From an uncultured bacterium (GTDB lineage: Bacteria; Babelota; Babeliae; Babelales; JABCYS01): DNA of 64,000 nucleotides. The notes under the pieces were generated by a model that was not told the DNA's origin, ran no database searches, and saw only the letters and a program-made list of their open reading frames with translations. This document shows, in pieces, positions 37,757 through 49,530 of the stretch. Both the position numbers and the translations under genes were made by a program. Location of the stretch: NCBI GenBank assembly GCA_963705705.1, contig CAVPKK010000005.1, forward strand, positions 96,001 to 160,000, given 5' to 3'. Position 1 is the first letter of the stretch. The number at the start of each line of letters is the position of its first letter.

Positions 37757-38329
37757 ATGGTCAAGAGCACACATAATTTAGTTTGGATCGATTGTGAGAT
37801 GACAGGACTCAATTTCGATACCGATACCATACTCGAAATCGCGGTTGTTATTACCGATGGTCATCTCAATGTTATTGCCGAGGGGCCATCATTGGTAATT
37901 CACCAACCGGATGCCGTGCTTGAAAAGATGGGTGACTGGTGCCAAAAGCAGCACCGCAAATCCCATTTGTATGAAGACGTTCAGCAGTCGACGGTCACTA
38001 TGGCACAGGCGGAGCAACAGGTTTTAGAGTTTATTGAACACTATGTGCCACCCAGAACATCGCCTATGTGCGGCAGTTCGGTTTGGAATGATCGTATTTT
38101 TATTATGAAGCATATGCCGCGAGTGACTGATTATTTACATTATCGCTGCTTGGATATAGCTGCGATTAAGGAATTAGTTTTGCGCTGGTATGGCTTTTCA
38201 TTGAGTGCTCAAACTACAACTGGCAAACAAGAACTCCACCGGGCATTGCCGGATATTTATGACTCAATAAAAGAGCTGCAATTGTATAAGGACCGGTTCT
38301 TCGTGCCGACGACGACAGTCGAGGAGTAA
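37757..38329 (+). CDS. orn: Oligoribonuclease
   Basis: LVWIDCEMTGL, ILEIAVVITD, DRIF, YLHYRCLD, HRALPDIYDSIKEL. Confidence 0.95.
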   Translation: MVKSTHNLVWIDCEMTGLNFDTDTILEIAVVITDGHLNVIAEGPSLVIHQPDAVLEKMGDWCQKQHRKSHLYEDVQQSTVTMAQAEQQVLEFIEHYVPPRTSPMCGSSVWNDRIFIMKHMPRVTDYLHYRCLDIAAIKELVLRWYGFSLSAQTTTGKQELHRALPDIYDSIKELQLYKDRFFVPTTTVEE

Positions 38330-38854
38330 TTATCGCAGCCGCTGAATCTGTACCTTCGCATCCTCACCCAATGGCGCCCCCAGTTTTGCATAGGCGCTGA
38401 GTACAAGATACCGGAATCGGTCTTTCAGCGTAGTGGTTATTTTTTGTTGCACGATAGCCCGATTCGGGTCATTGGTTTTTTCTAAAACGAGTAAGGCAAA
38501 ATAGTGCGGGGCAGGAAAGCTATTGAGCTGTTGCCGGTCAGAAAATTTATATTTCCGCTTATTGTAGCTAACCACTAGGTAATCAAGTCGAATATCAGGT
38601 TTAAGCAGTTCAAAGCAGCCGCGGGCGCTCATGGGTATATAGGTCGTTTGAGTTCGTTCGCCTTTGCCCCGAACAGTAACCTCGACCTCTTGGTCGGTTT
38701 TGTTTAGTACAATAATCGGACTTAATTGGTCACAATTTGGAGCTTGCACAGTTAAGGCTCGATTGATGAAATAACCGGCGAAGGCCAAAACGCCAATTGC
38801 CGCGGTAATGAAGAGGATTACGAATATGCCACGTAATATATTTTTATGCTCCAT
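38330..38854 (-). CDS. Hypothetical membrane-anchored protein
   Basis: GGAGA RBS, N-terminal TM helix, 174 aa. Confidence 0.65.
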   Translation of the reverse strand: MEHKNILRGIFVILFITAAIGVLAFAGYFINRALTVQAPNCDQLSPIIVLNKTDQEVEVTVRGKGERTQTTYIPMSARGCFELLKPDIRLDYLVVSYNKRKYKFSDRQQLNSFPAPHYFALLVLEKTNDPNRAIVQQKITTTLKDRFRYLVLSAYAKLGAPLGEDAKVQIQRLR

Positions 38855-38917
38855 AGAACTTTCTCCAAATTTTAATTAACATTCTTGACCCGGTCGTTCT
38901 GTTGGCTTATTCGCCTT

Positions 38918-38950
38918 CGCGCTCTGATCCTTATAAACTCAGGATGTGCG
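38918..38950 (-). repeat. Degenerate repeat core (internal deletion)
   Basis: CGCGCTCTGATCCTT-ATAAACTCAGGATGTGCG. Confidence 0.7.
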
Positions 38951-38964
38951 TTCGTGCTAATTAG

Positions 38965-40476
<1,512 letters not shown>

Positions 40477-40560
40477 CGTATTCATAAGATTGTAATTAGT
40501 TTTAGGAATTGCTATATCTCAATAGGATACCATTTCACCCATCTAATTAAGGAGATCGTA

Positions 40561-42423
40561 ATGAATGTACACGTCCAACAGTCACTTTTACCTAAAATAA
40601 AAGCCATTAGTTTAGGAATTTTTGCTGCCGTATCACTATCAGCAGTAACTCCATGTTGCCCCCCAACAGCTTGTCCAAGGGTCGACATCGAACTATGCCC
40701 TGCTTCATTTTGCATAAAAGAAGAAGTTGTTCGTGCAGCGGCCGGCCTCGGTTGCGGTCGCATCATTACTCAATGCGATTTGCCGTTAGTGATTACTTGT
40801 CCGGGTAAATATTCAGTAGCACAAGATTTATATTGGAAACCAACTGGCCCGGGTCAGGCAGCGATTACAGTGGATGCCAATGATGTAATTATCGAGTTCA
40901 ATAATCGCAAACTACAGCAAACTGACCCAACGCAGGGCCAGTGTATCGGTGTTCTGATAAACCCAAATCTTACCAATATTCGTTTGCTAAACGGTACTAT
41001 CGAGAATGTTTCCATGTGGGGAATTGAGGCTTTGAGCGGCGATCATGAATTATTATTCGATAGCATGAATACATTTTCATGCGGCTATAATGGTAATGAT
41101 CCGAGCGTGCAAAGTTCAGGTGGAATGACATTACTTGATCCTGCAAGCTTTTTTATCGCCTTTGGTATACCAACAACACTGACACCCAACGTTCTATATG
41201 ATGTGGAAGTAAGAAATTGTAATTTCAACGACAGCTTTTCTAATCTTACAACCGGTGGATACGAAGGAGCCTCAGGATTTCAGGCTTTTGGGGTCCAACA
41301 GCTAGTCATACAAGATAGCAATTTCAATAGCAACATTACTACGGGCGATCTAAGTATTTCGCCAGATGTGCATGGTTTAATTACCATAGCTGTTCAGGGG
41401 TTGCTCATTGAGCGATCTTCTTTTAATGGGAATATTGGTTTTGGAAATGCAAGCAATACACCTATTTTCATATTTGCATGTTCTGAGGTGCAGATTATTG
41501 ATTGTCAGGTTCTTGATAATATACTTTCGGCCCGAAATTCTTTGATGTCAGGTATCGCAATTTTTGCAAATGATATTGTTTTAAAAAATTGCCTAGTTCA
41601 AAATGCCAGCATTAATGCTCCGGGAGGTGAAGCCGTTGGAATAGAGCTATTTAATTGCAATAATGCTGTAGTTGAAGGTTGCGTAGTTCAAAATATTTCC
41701 AATATCAATAATGGAAACGATACATATGGATTTGATGTATTCGGTAGCAATATTTTGTTTAAAGATTGTATAGCACAAAATCTTACGCACTCAGGAGTAA
41801 ACAGCGTTGTCGCTGGTTTTGAAGCTGAAAGTGCATTCGGCATTCCAGCAAAACAAATTATATTTAGTAATTGTCAGGCTCAGAGCATTTCTAATCTTTC
41901 AACCTTTACTACCAATTTTGTGAGCTACGCAGCAGGTTTTCAAACGAGATTGTTTTCACGCAGTGCTCCTGTGAATAGCAATATAATTTTTGATTCTTGT
42001 ATTGCCCAAAATGTTATATTTCCAGCATTTCCTGAGCTGGGGATTGGTTTTGAAGCGAATACCACAACTAATTTAGAAATAGTCAATTGCACAAGCATTG
42101 GCAATGGCGTGGGGTATTCTCTTGATGTTGGCGTTACAGGCACTCCTGTAACAGTCAGTAGTGTCGCAAATAATAAAGCACTAAATAATACTGTTTATGG
42201 ATTTAATGATCAGTCTACCATCGGAAATAATGTCTTATATGGCAACTATGCATATAACCCGGGCTCTACCGGTGGAAACTATAATGGTAATGATGCCGGT
42301 GAATTTGGTCTACATTTAGGCACACCAATTAGAACATGGTCGTTTATTGCCGGTCAACAACCGGATGCAACGACCGATGCTGGCAATCCAGTGTCTAATC
42401 TAGATAACATCAACGTCGTTTAA
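40561..42423 (+). CDS. Secreted Cys-rich right-handed parallel beta-helix protein A
   Basis: Signal peptide; CCPPTACP..; LPLVITCPGKY..AITVDANDVIIEFN; repeated IxNCxxQN motifs. Confidence 0.85.
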   Translation: MNVHVQQSLLPKIKAISLGIFAAVSLSAVTPCCPPTACPRVDIELCPASFCIKEEVVRAAAGLGCGRIITQCDLPLVITCPGKYSVAQDLYWKPTGPGQAAITVDANDVIIEFNNRKLQQTDPTQGQCIGVLINPNLTNIRLLNGTIENVSMWGIEALSGDHELLFDSMNTFSCGYNGNDPSVQSSGGMTLLDPASFFIAFGIPTTLTPNVLYDVEVRNCNFNDSFSNLTTGGYEGASGFQAFGVQQLVIQDSNFNSNITTGDLSISPDVHGLITIAVQGLLIERSSFNGNIGFGNASNTPIFIFACSEVQIIDCQVLDNILSARNSLMSGIAIFANDIVLKNCLVQNASINAPGGEAVGIELFNCNNAVVEGCVVQNISNINNGNDTYGFDVFGSNILFKDCIAQNLTHSGVNSVVAGFEAESAFGIPAKQIIFSNCQAQSISNLSTFTTNFVSYAAGFQTRLFSRSAPVNSNIIFDSCIAQNVIFPAFPELGIGFEANTTTNLEIVNCTSIGNGVGYSLDVGVTGTPVTVSSVANNKALNNTVYGFNDQSTIGNNVLYGNYAYNPGSTGGNYNGNDAGEFGLHLGTPIRTWSFIAGQQPDATTDAGNPVSNLDNINVV

Positions 42424-42447
42424 AATAATTTCTGTTATTTTTAGAAG

Positions 42448-42482
42448 AGCAGGCCTGGTTTAAACAAACTAGGCCTGCTTTA
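42448..42482 (+). terminator. Intrinsic terminator
   Basis: AGCAGGCCTGGTTT-aaac-AAACTAGGCCTGCT followed by Ts. Confidence 0.7.
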
Positions 42483-42513
42483 TTGAATTTTCTTTTTAAT
42501 CACTCTGGCTAAA

Positions 42514-42552
42514 TCGCGCTCATCCTGAGTTCATCGAAGGGTCAAAGCGCGA
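42514..42552 (+). repeat. Palindromic repeat core, intergenic
   Basis: TCGCGCTCATCCTGAGTTCATCGAAGGGTCAAAGCGCGA. Confidence 0.92.
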
Positions 42553-42723
42553 ATAAAATGAATCCTATTAAAGAATGCCCAAGTATCCAAAAAAAATGGC
42601 AGCACAAAAAATTTGTTGCAGTAGCCGATTTTCACCATTAGAAAATGATGTCTTGTACTTCTTTTTAAGAATTGCTATATCTCAATAGGATATCATTTCA
42701 CCCATCTAATTAAGGAGATCGTA

Positions 42724-44586
42724 ATGAATGTGCATCCAACTCAATCATTTATAACCAAAATTAAGGCGGCCAGCCTAGGAATTTTTGCTGCCGTATCACT
42801 ATCAGCAGCAACTCCATGTTGCCCCCCAATAGCTTGTCCAAGAGTCGACATCGAACTATGTCCTGCTTCATTTTGCGTAAAAGAAGAAATTGTTCGTGCT
42901 GCGGCCGGCCTCGGCTGCGGACGCATTATTACCCAATGTGATTTGCCATTAGTGATTACTTGCCCTGGTAAATATTCAGTAGCACAAGATTTAAATTGGG
43001 CACCATCAGGTGCTGGCCAAGCTGGAATTACAGTCGCCGCTAATGATGTAGTCATTGAATTCAATGGCCGGACTTATAAACAAACAGATTCAACACAAGC
43101 AAATTGTATTGGTGTGCTTATCAATCCAAATCTTTTTAATGTTCAATTGTTGAACGGTACGATTGAAAATATATCTATGTGGGGTGTAGTAGCGCTAGGT
43201 GGTTGTCAAGAACTACTTTTTGATAGTATCAACACCTTGTCATGCGGCTATAATGGAATTGATCAGTTTGCACCTGGGTCTTCTGGCGGTCTTGGCATTT
43301 TTAATCAAAATATTGCTGGTCAAACAACAAATCCTGTTATTGATGTGGTCATCAGAAACTGCAATATAAATAATAATTATTCCCCCTTAACTGTCTCAAC
43401 CTATACAGGGCTTAGACCATGCGCAATTTATGGCGGACAACAGGTTCTAATCCAAAATAGCAACTTCAATTCTAATAGCTCAAATTGCAGACCACGTGGT
43501 GCTGGTGTCTATGTTTTGGATGCCACTCATTTTCAGGGACTAACAATTGAAAATTGTAATTTCAATCAAAATCTTGGATTTGGCAATGCAGGTCTGGAAG
43601 CGATCAATCTGAGTAGTGGCAACAGCCTTAAAATTAGTGGGTGCCAATTTTTAGATGGAAATGCTTTTGGAGGTGATGGTGTAGCGACATTGTTCGCCAC
43701 GACAGTAACAAATGCACTCATTGAAAACTGCCTTTTCCAAAACTGGGTAACAGCGCCTTCAGCTTTCCCTGGAGGAGCCGTCGGATTGTTCAGCCAGTTT
43801 TCTAACGAATTTGTAATAAAAAATTGTACAATTCAAAACTATAATGGCACAACTACGCTAGAAGGAGCCGTAGGATTCCTTATTAAGAATGCCAATGACT
43901 TTTATTTTGAAGATTGCCAGGTTCAGGATCTTGTGGGCTCTGGTGATACTGCAGGTGTCCAAGGCTGGGATATTCAAGATGCTAGGGGTGTACAAGGATC
44001 TTCACGCGTAACACTTAGGAATTGCCTGGCGCAGAATATTGCAAATGGTTCAACGGTCTTTGATCCCGAATTCAGTATTTCAGCAGGCTTTTCAGCAGAA
44101 CTTTTTGATAATGCAGCGGCGATCAACTCAAATATCGTTTTCGATAACTGCATTGCACAAGATGTGTCATTCACGGGCTCTCCAAGCCTTGCGCGCGGAT
44201 TTGATATTAGGGGCACCAATGGAGCCTTGGTTACTGATTGTATAAGTATGGGCAATGTTATCGGATTTGCTCTTGATAATACTGTTGGCCTAGGCCCAAA
44301 TCCAATTGCTGCAAGCCATGTGACTATCAAGGATTGCTTCGCCCTTAATAATACTGGCGTAGGGTTTCTAGATAATTCTACTAATGGGAATAACGTCTTG
44401 TATGGTAACTATGCCTATAACCCAGGCTCTACTGGTGGAAACTATAGTGGCAATGATGCCGGTGAATTTGGTCTGCATTTAGGCACACCAATTAGAACAT
44501 GGTCGTTTATTGCTGGTCAACAACCAGATCCAACGACCGATGCTGGCAATCCAGTATCTAGCCTAGATAACATCAACGTTGTTTAA
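42724..44586 (+). CDS. Secreted Cys-rich right-handed parallel beta-helix protein B
   Basis: Paralogue of 40561-42423; same length (620 aa) with near-identical N- and C-termini. Confidence 0.85.
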   Translation: MNVHPTQSFITKIKAASLGIFAAVSLSAATPCCPPIACPRVDIELCPASFCVKEEIVRAAAGLGCGRIITQCDLPLVITCPGKYSVAQDLNWAPSGAGQAGITVAANDVVIEFNGRTYKQTDSTQANCIGVLINPNLFNVQLLNGTIENISMWGVVALGGCQELLFDSINTLSCGYNGIDQFAPGSSGGLGIFNQNIAGQTTNPVIDVVIRNCNINNNYSPLTVSTYTGLRPCAIYGGQQVLIQNSNFNSNSSNCRPRGAGVYVLDATHFQGLTIENCNFNQNLGFGNAGLEAINLSSGNSLKISGCQFLDGNAFGGDGVATLFATTVTNALIENCLFQNWVTAPSAFPGGAVGLFSQFSNEFVIKNCTIQNYNGTTTLEGAVGFLIKNANDFYFEDCQVQDLVGSGDTAGVQGWDIQDARGVQGSSRVTLRNCLAQNIANGSTVFDPEFSISAGFSAELFDNAAAINSNIVFDNCIAQDVSFTGSPSLARGFDIRGTNGALVTDCISMGNVIGFALDNTVGLGPNPIAASHVTIKDCFALNNTGVGFLDNSTNGNNVLYGNYAYNPGSTGGNYSGNDAGEFGLHLGTPIRTWSFIAGQQPDPTTDAGNPVSSLDNINVV

Positions 44587-44614
44587 AATAATTTAGGTTA
44601 TTTTTTAGCAGAGT

Positions 44615-44645
44615 AGGCCTGGTTTAAACAACCAGGCCTTTCTTT
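44615..44645 (+). terminator. Intrinsic terminator, duplicated with the gene
   Basis: AGGCCTGGTT-taaac-AACCAGGCCT followed by TTCTTT. Confidence 0.7.
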
Positions 44646-45817
44646 TATAGTGGCAATTTTTGCAGCAGATTTGCATTAAACTTCTTGGCGCGCTGTTCCA
44701 TTTCCTTCAAGCTCAACAAACCTTCTTTAGTATCCATATGAGAAATGACCGATGTTGCATTCGCGATGCCGTAGCGAATGGCTTGTTCTACCCTTCGACC
44801 GGGCTCAGGATGAGCGGAATTCATGAAATAACATCCAACGAAGGCAGAGCCAAAGGCATCGCCAGCTCCCACAGTATTAATAACTTTTACGTTTGCACTT
44901 GGATGGAAATAGATCGTATCTTGTGTGGCTGCGTAAACCCCTTCTGCGCCATTAGTAACAACTACCACTTTGGGGCCAAGACGAAGAACTGCTTGGAAAA
45001 AATGATCAAGTTGGAACCATAAATCTTCGACATTAATGGAGTCGCTAAGCAATGATGGTAACGGGTTACTAGTTTTTAATCGCCGCTTAGATCCTTCGAT
45101 AAACTCAGGATGAGCGGCTTTACCCTTAGCTTTTTTAGTGTTTGCTTCCAAAGTTTTTGCTTGCGCTAAAGAAAGCATAAACATTTTGGCTTCGGCGCTA
45201 TTCATAATTAACACGTCAACATATTTCAGCGATTCACGCAATATTGGCGCACCGGCAACTAATTGGCTGCCGCCCGGATTTGTAGCAATAGGAACGTTGT
45301 GCTTATGCGCATGTTGGACAATGGGTAAAAGGAGTTGTGAAGAGTCGCCACTTAATGAAGTGATATATAACAAATCTGATTTATCAATTTGATCAAAGGG
45401 CACTTCCTTTAAAGACATTTGTGTATTAATGCCTCGCATGGCCATTATGACGCGATCACGTTCAAGTGAGGGGATGATGAAAGAAATTCCGGTTTGTCCG
45501 CCCTTGGTACAATCTAGGTGTTTTATAGAAACACCTTCTTTTTTTAATTGATTCAGCACAAATTGGCCTGCGGCATCGTCGCCAATTTTGATGAAGGTGG
45601 AAGTATCGAAGTCCATACGATTAAACGAAATGGCGGTGTTTACAGCACCGCCACCCGATGAGTATAAGACATCTTGTACTTCTATTTTGGCTCCCTCTTG
45701 AAGCAGGAGATAAGATTGCGTTCCTTTGGCAGTTTGCAAGCGCATTGTTTCCGCGTTTGCGTAGCGGATATAAATGTCTTGTGTTGCGCCGCCGATGGTT
45801 AAAACTTTTTTTGCCAC
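44645..45817 (-). CDS. PfkB/ribokinase-family carbohydrate kinase
   Basis: SSGGGAVNTA, IGDDAAG, VTNGAEG, NTVGAGDAF. Confidence 0.9.
   Translation of the reverse strand: MAKKVLTIGGATQDIYIRYANAETMRLQTAKGTQSYLLLQEGAKIEVQDVLYSSGGGAVNTAISFNRMDFDTSTFIKIGDDAAGQFVLNQLKKEGVSIKHLDCTKGGQTGISFIIPSLERDRVIMAMRGINTQMSLKEVPFDQIDKSDLLYITSLSGDSSQLLLPIVQHAHKHNVPIATNPGGSQLVAGAPILRESLKYVDVLIMNSAEAKMFMLSLAQAKTLEANTKKAKGKAAHPEFIEGSKRRLKTSNPLPSLLSDSINVEDLWFQLDHFFQAVLRLGPKVVVVTNGAEGVYAATQDTIYFHPSANVKVINTVGAGDAFGSAFVGCYFMNSAHPEPGRRVEQAIRYGIANATSVISHMDTKEGLLSLKEMEQRAKKFNANLLQKLPL
44791..44817 (-). repeat. Repeat core in-frame within the PfkB kinase (SAHPEPGRRV)
   Basis: CCCTTCGACCGGGCTCAGGATGAGCGG. Confidence 0.85.
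45082..45118 (-). repeat. Repeat core in-frame within the PfkB kinase (AAHPEFIEGSKRR)
   Basis: GCCGCTTAGATCCTTCGATAAACTCAGGATGAGCGGC. Confidence 0.92.
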
Positions 45818-45876
45818 CTATGCGCCTTTCAAGGGAATTAAAATTTTATTTTGCATTCTGATCATTATGCGGTTGT

Positions 45877-45987
45877 CGCGCTTTATCCTTCGATCCTTCG
45901 AGGGGCCTCAGGAGTGAACCCTTCGACAGTAATTTGAGTATCGAAGGCCTTTAGGTCTGAGCTTGTCGAAGACTCAGGATGAGCGCG
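45877..45987 (-). repeat. Multiply nested palindromic repeat, near-identical to 26096-26207
   Basis: Differs from the 26-kb copy at only about 3 positions by eye. Confidence 0.92.
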
Positions 45988-46121
45988 GTCAGGCTTGCTA
46001 TCGAAGTACAATATTGAATCCTCAGCACCCCGTTGTGATGATCATTCTGTGTTTTAGTCACACAAAAAGATATCACAGTTTACTGCCTACAATGATAACG
46101 ATTGTACACCGGGTCAAGGGT

Positions 46122-48536
46122 CTAAGACCCTTGTTTTTTTGCTTCGTAAACGGCTGCTTTGCGTGACCATGAAGAACCCGTAGGTTTAGGTGATTCGACT
46201 GGTTTAAGCACGTGCTTAATGACTTCATCAGCATGGTCAACCCAAATCACGTTCATGTTTTGCGCAACTTCTTCCAAGCCAATTAAATCATTCTTATTCT
46301 TGGTTGGGAAGATAACATTCAGCACGCCGTTACGTTTTGCAGCAAGAAGCTTTTCTTTAAGTCCGCCGATTGGCATTACATCGCCGCGCAGATTCAATTC
46401 GCCTGTCATTGCATATTGTGAATTTAATGCCCGACCGGTGAGCGCAGATAATATCGAAGAAAGCATGGTAATACCAGCCGAAGGCCCATCTTTAGGAACT
46501 GCACCCGCTGGCACGTGAATGTGCAAGTCGGTTGAGCTAAAGATCTTGTCTAGGATATTGAACTCTTTAGCGTGTGCACGAGCATAACTCAAGGCAGCCT
46601 GTGCCGACTCTTTCATTACGTTACCGAGCTGGCCGGTGAGAATCAAACGACCCTTACCTGGCATAAGCACCGCTTCAATCTTAAGCATTTCTCCGCCATA
46701 TGCCGTCCATGCAAGACCATTGGCAATTCCAACTTGATCCTTGTGGTTAGCATCATCGGCGACAAATTTTTGTGGGCCAAGTAATCGTTCAACAGTTTCA
46801 ATGTTGAAATCCACAAGTCTATGTTCTTCAACTAATGTTCGCGCTGCTTTTTGGAACAATTTGCGAATAGTTCTATCAAGCTGCCGCACCCCAGACTCGC
46901 GGGTATAATTGCTTACGATTGCGCGGACAACATCCATTTCAACTTTAACTGGATGCTTATCAAGGCCGCAATCAGCAATGGCGCGTTGCACAAGATAATC
47001 ATTAGCAATATGAACCTTTTCATCTTCGGTGTAACCAGAAAGTGTGATCACTTCCATACGGTCACGCAGTGGATCGGAGATGTTTTCAATATTATTAGCC
47101 GTTGCGATAAAGATTACCTTAGACAAGTCGAATGGTACGCCAAGGTAATTATCGTAGAAGGCCTTATTTTGTTGCGGATCCAATACTTCCAACATTGCTG
47201 CTGACGGATCGCCGCGGAAGTCTGAACCGATTTTATCTATTTCATCTATGATCATTACAGGATTTAATGAACCTGCTTTGCGAATACCTTGAATAAAACG
47301 GCCTGGCATAGCACCGACATAGGTTCGACGGTGACCGCGTATTTCCGCTTCATCTTTTACACCACCCAATGATATGCGGATGAATTCTCGGCCAAGGGCT
47401 CGGGCAATTGATTTACCAAGAGAGGTTTTACCCACACCTGGCGGACCAGAAAAACATAATATTGGAGCATAACCATCTTGTTTAAGATTACGAATGGATA
47501 TGAAGTCCAGAATACGATCTTTGATCTCTTTTAATCCATAATGATCAGCATCAAGTACTTGTTTAGCATTTAGGATGTCAAGATTGTCCTGAGTCTCTTT
47601 ATTCCATGGCATCGCAAAAATCCAATCAAGGTAATTGCGTGTAACGGTTGCTTCCATAGAATCGGAAGACATACGCTCAAGACGATTTATTTGACGACCA
47701 GCCTCGGTGCGCACTTCATCTGGAATTTGAAGTTTTGCTAGTTTGTCGCGCATTGCTTCAATTTCTTCTGCCTCATCATCACCAAGTTCTTTCTTGATGG
47801 CTCGCAGTTGTTCGCGCAGGTAGTATTCCTTTTGCGACTTATTCATAGAATCGCGAGCGTTGGTCTTGATGCGTTCTTGTACTTCGGCAACTTCAATTTC
47901 TTGGCTCAATTGGTTGAAAATCTCAGCCAAAAATTCTTTTTGACTGCCGGTTTCCAATAGCTCTTGAGCTCGTTCGACTGAAAGGTTTAAATGAGAAAGC
48001 ACAAAGTCGGCAATTTTTTCCGGATCTTGGATCTTGGATAAGATCACATGGAAATCCGGGCTGAATGATTGACCAGAGGCAGCCATTTTTTCTGCCAACT
48101 CTTTAATATTCTTAATTTGTGCAGACAATTCCGGATCATCGGTGTTTGCTGCAAACGGTACTTCTTTTACCGTAGCGCTGAGCATTTCGTCATTCGCTTG
48201 CAAATCTTGCACGCGAGCCTTGGAAATACCTTGCACTAAAATCTTTACCCCACCTTCTGGTATTTTGATCAAGCGCATAATGGATGCCACAGTACCCATA
48301 CTATACAGGTCCTGTGTTCCTATGGCGCCTTGATAATCGGCAACTTGTTTTTTAGCTGCGAGAAGCAGCACAAGCTTTGAGCCATCAAGTGCTTTATTAA
48401 TGCCCTTGATGATTCTCTCATCCAATACAAGCAGTGGAACGATCATATGAGGAAAGACTACGACATCCATCGTTGGGATGACCGGTAGTGACTTTGGGAT
48501 AAGATCGTTTACAGTTTTTGGTGTTCCGCTCTTCAT
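46122..48536 (-). CDS. lon: ATP-dependent protease Lon
   Basis: GPPGVGKTS, IRGHRRTYVGAMPG, PKDGPSAG, IGGLKEK; GGGGAG RBS before ATG 48536. Confidence 0.97.
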   Translation of the reverse strand: MKSGTPKTVNDLIPKSLPVIPTMDVVVFPHMIVPLLVLDERIIKGINKALDGSKLVLLLAAKKQVADYQGAIGTQDLYSMGTVASIMRLIKIPEGGVKILVQGISKARVQDLQANDEMLSATVKEVPFAANTDDPELSAQIKNIKELAEKMAASGQSFSPDFHVILSKIQDPEKIADFVLSHLNLSVERAQELLETGSQKEFLAEIFNQLSQEIEVAEVQERIKTNARDSMNKSQKEYYLREQLRAIKKELGDDEAEEIEAMRDKLAKLQIPDEVRTEAGRQINRLERMSSDSMEATVTRNYLDWIFAMPWNKETQDNLDILNAKQVLDADHYGLKEIKDRILDFISIRNLKQDGYAPILCFSGPPGVGKTSLGKSIARALGREFIRISLGGVKDEAEIRGHRRTYVGAMPGRFIQGIRKAGSLNPVMIIDEIDKIGSDFRGDPSAAMLEVLDPQQNKAFYDNYLGVPFDLSKVIFIATANNIENISDPLRDRMEVITLSGYTEDEKVHIANDYLVQRAIADCGLDKHPVKVEMDVVRAIVSNYTRESGVRQLDRTIRKLFQKAARTLVEEHRLVDFNIETVERLLGPQKFVADDANHKDQVGIANGLAWTAYGGEMLKIEAVLMPGKGRLILTGQLGNVMKESAQAALSYARAHAKEFNILDKIFSSTDLHIHVPAGAVPKDGPSAGITMLSSILSALTGRALNSQYAMTGELNLRGDVMPIGGLKEKLLAAKRNGVLNVIFPTKNKNDLIGLEEVAQNMNVIWVDHADEVIKHVLKPVESPKPTGSSWSRKAAVYEAKKQGS

Positions 48537-48688
48537 AAGCTCCCCTTTTTTATTTTTTGTGGGTCTCCAGCTCATCGTCTGGTTTGCTGACCCCTTTACA
48601 TGACTAAGTCTAGAAAAAGGGTTACTCGAAAAACAAGACTTGGAAATGTGGTGTTAGGCTTTTACCTGGAAAAAGCTACTCTATATGC

Positions 48689-49522
48689 ATGCAACCGATC
48701 ATGTTAACAAACGAGTTATGGCATTCCATGATGGCAGATAAGTTAACCGTAATTGATCTATATAAGAGTTTTATGCAAGGTTCCCAGCCTGTTGAAGTGC
48801 TTCAGGGGATCTCAATTACCTTTGAGCAGGGGAAAACTTATGCTATTACTGGCATTTCTGGCTCTGGCAAATCTACTTTTTTGCATCTAATAGGTGGGCT
48901 GGATAAGCCTACATCGGGCGAAATCAGTTTGACGATCGCGTCCGCCGACGCCCAATTTACTCATGAGATTGAGTTAAGATCCGCTCATCCTGAGTTGATC
49001 AATTCTGGGGCCCCCGAAACTCGGGTTCCCTCTCAGGGTGAGTTTGGGGTAAAAGGATCAGAGCGGAAAAAGGGCTTTGTCGGACAAACCAATGCTGAAG
49101 GCCTTGGTTTGGTTTTTCAACAGCCATATCTGATTCGTGAACTTACTGTATTGGAAAATGTGATGCTCAAAGGCCTCATCGCTGGCAGAGCCAAAAGTGA
49201 ATGTGAGGCTGAGGCCGCTGAGTTGTTGGAGGCAGTAGGTATTGCCGATAAACGAGATGCATACCCGCGTATGCTATCCGGTGGTCAGCAGCAGCGCGCA
49301 GCAATTGCGCGTGCGCTATTTGATCACCCACACTTTTTATTGGCTGATGAACCAACCGGATCATTGGATGAAGACACGGGAAAGAAAATCATAGATCTTT
49401 TAGTGACGTTGAGTAAAAAGTGGCATATGGGATTAATAATTAGTTCACATGATCCATATGTTGCGCAAAAAATGGAAGAGGTTTGGGTCATGCATCACGG
49501 GAAATTGAATAGGAAAATTTGA
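48689..49522 (+). CDS. ABC transporter ATP-binding protein (LolD-like)
   Basis: GISGSGKST, LSGGQQQR, LLADEPTGSLD, SH. Confidence 0.9.
   Translation: MQPIMLTNELWHSMMADKLTVIDLYKSFMQGSQPVEVLQGISITFEQGKTYAITGISGSGKSTFLHLIGGLDKPTSGEISLTIASADAQFTHEIELRSAHPELINSGAPETRVPSQGEFGVKGSERKKGFVGQTNAEGLGLVFQQPYLIRELTVLENVMLKGLIAGRAKSECEAEAAELLEAVGIADKRDAYPRMLSGGQQQRAAIARALFDHPHFLLADEPTGSLDEDTGKKIIDLLVTLSKKWHMGLIISSHDPYVAQKMEEVWVMHHGKLNRKI
48980..49067 (+). repeat. Composite repeat in-frame within the ABC ATPase (SAHPELINSGAPETRVPSQGEFGVKGSER)
   Basis: TCCGCTCATCCTGAG..CCCCGAAACTCGGGTTCCCT..AGGGTGAGTTTGGGG..AGGATCAGAGCGGA. Confidence 0.92.
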
Positions 49523-49530
49523 GGTACAAC

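Noticed and set aside
40561..44586. Diversity-generating retroelement TR/VR pair at the near-identical 3' ends
   Set aside because: Both copies are coding, differences are not adenine-specific, and no reverse transcriptase is present
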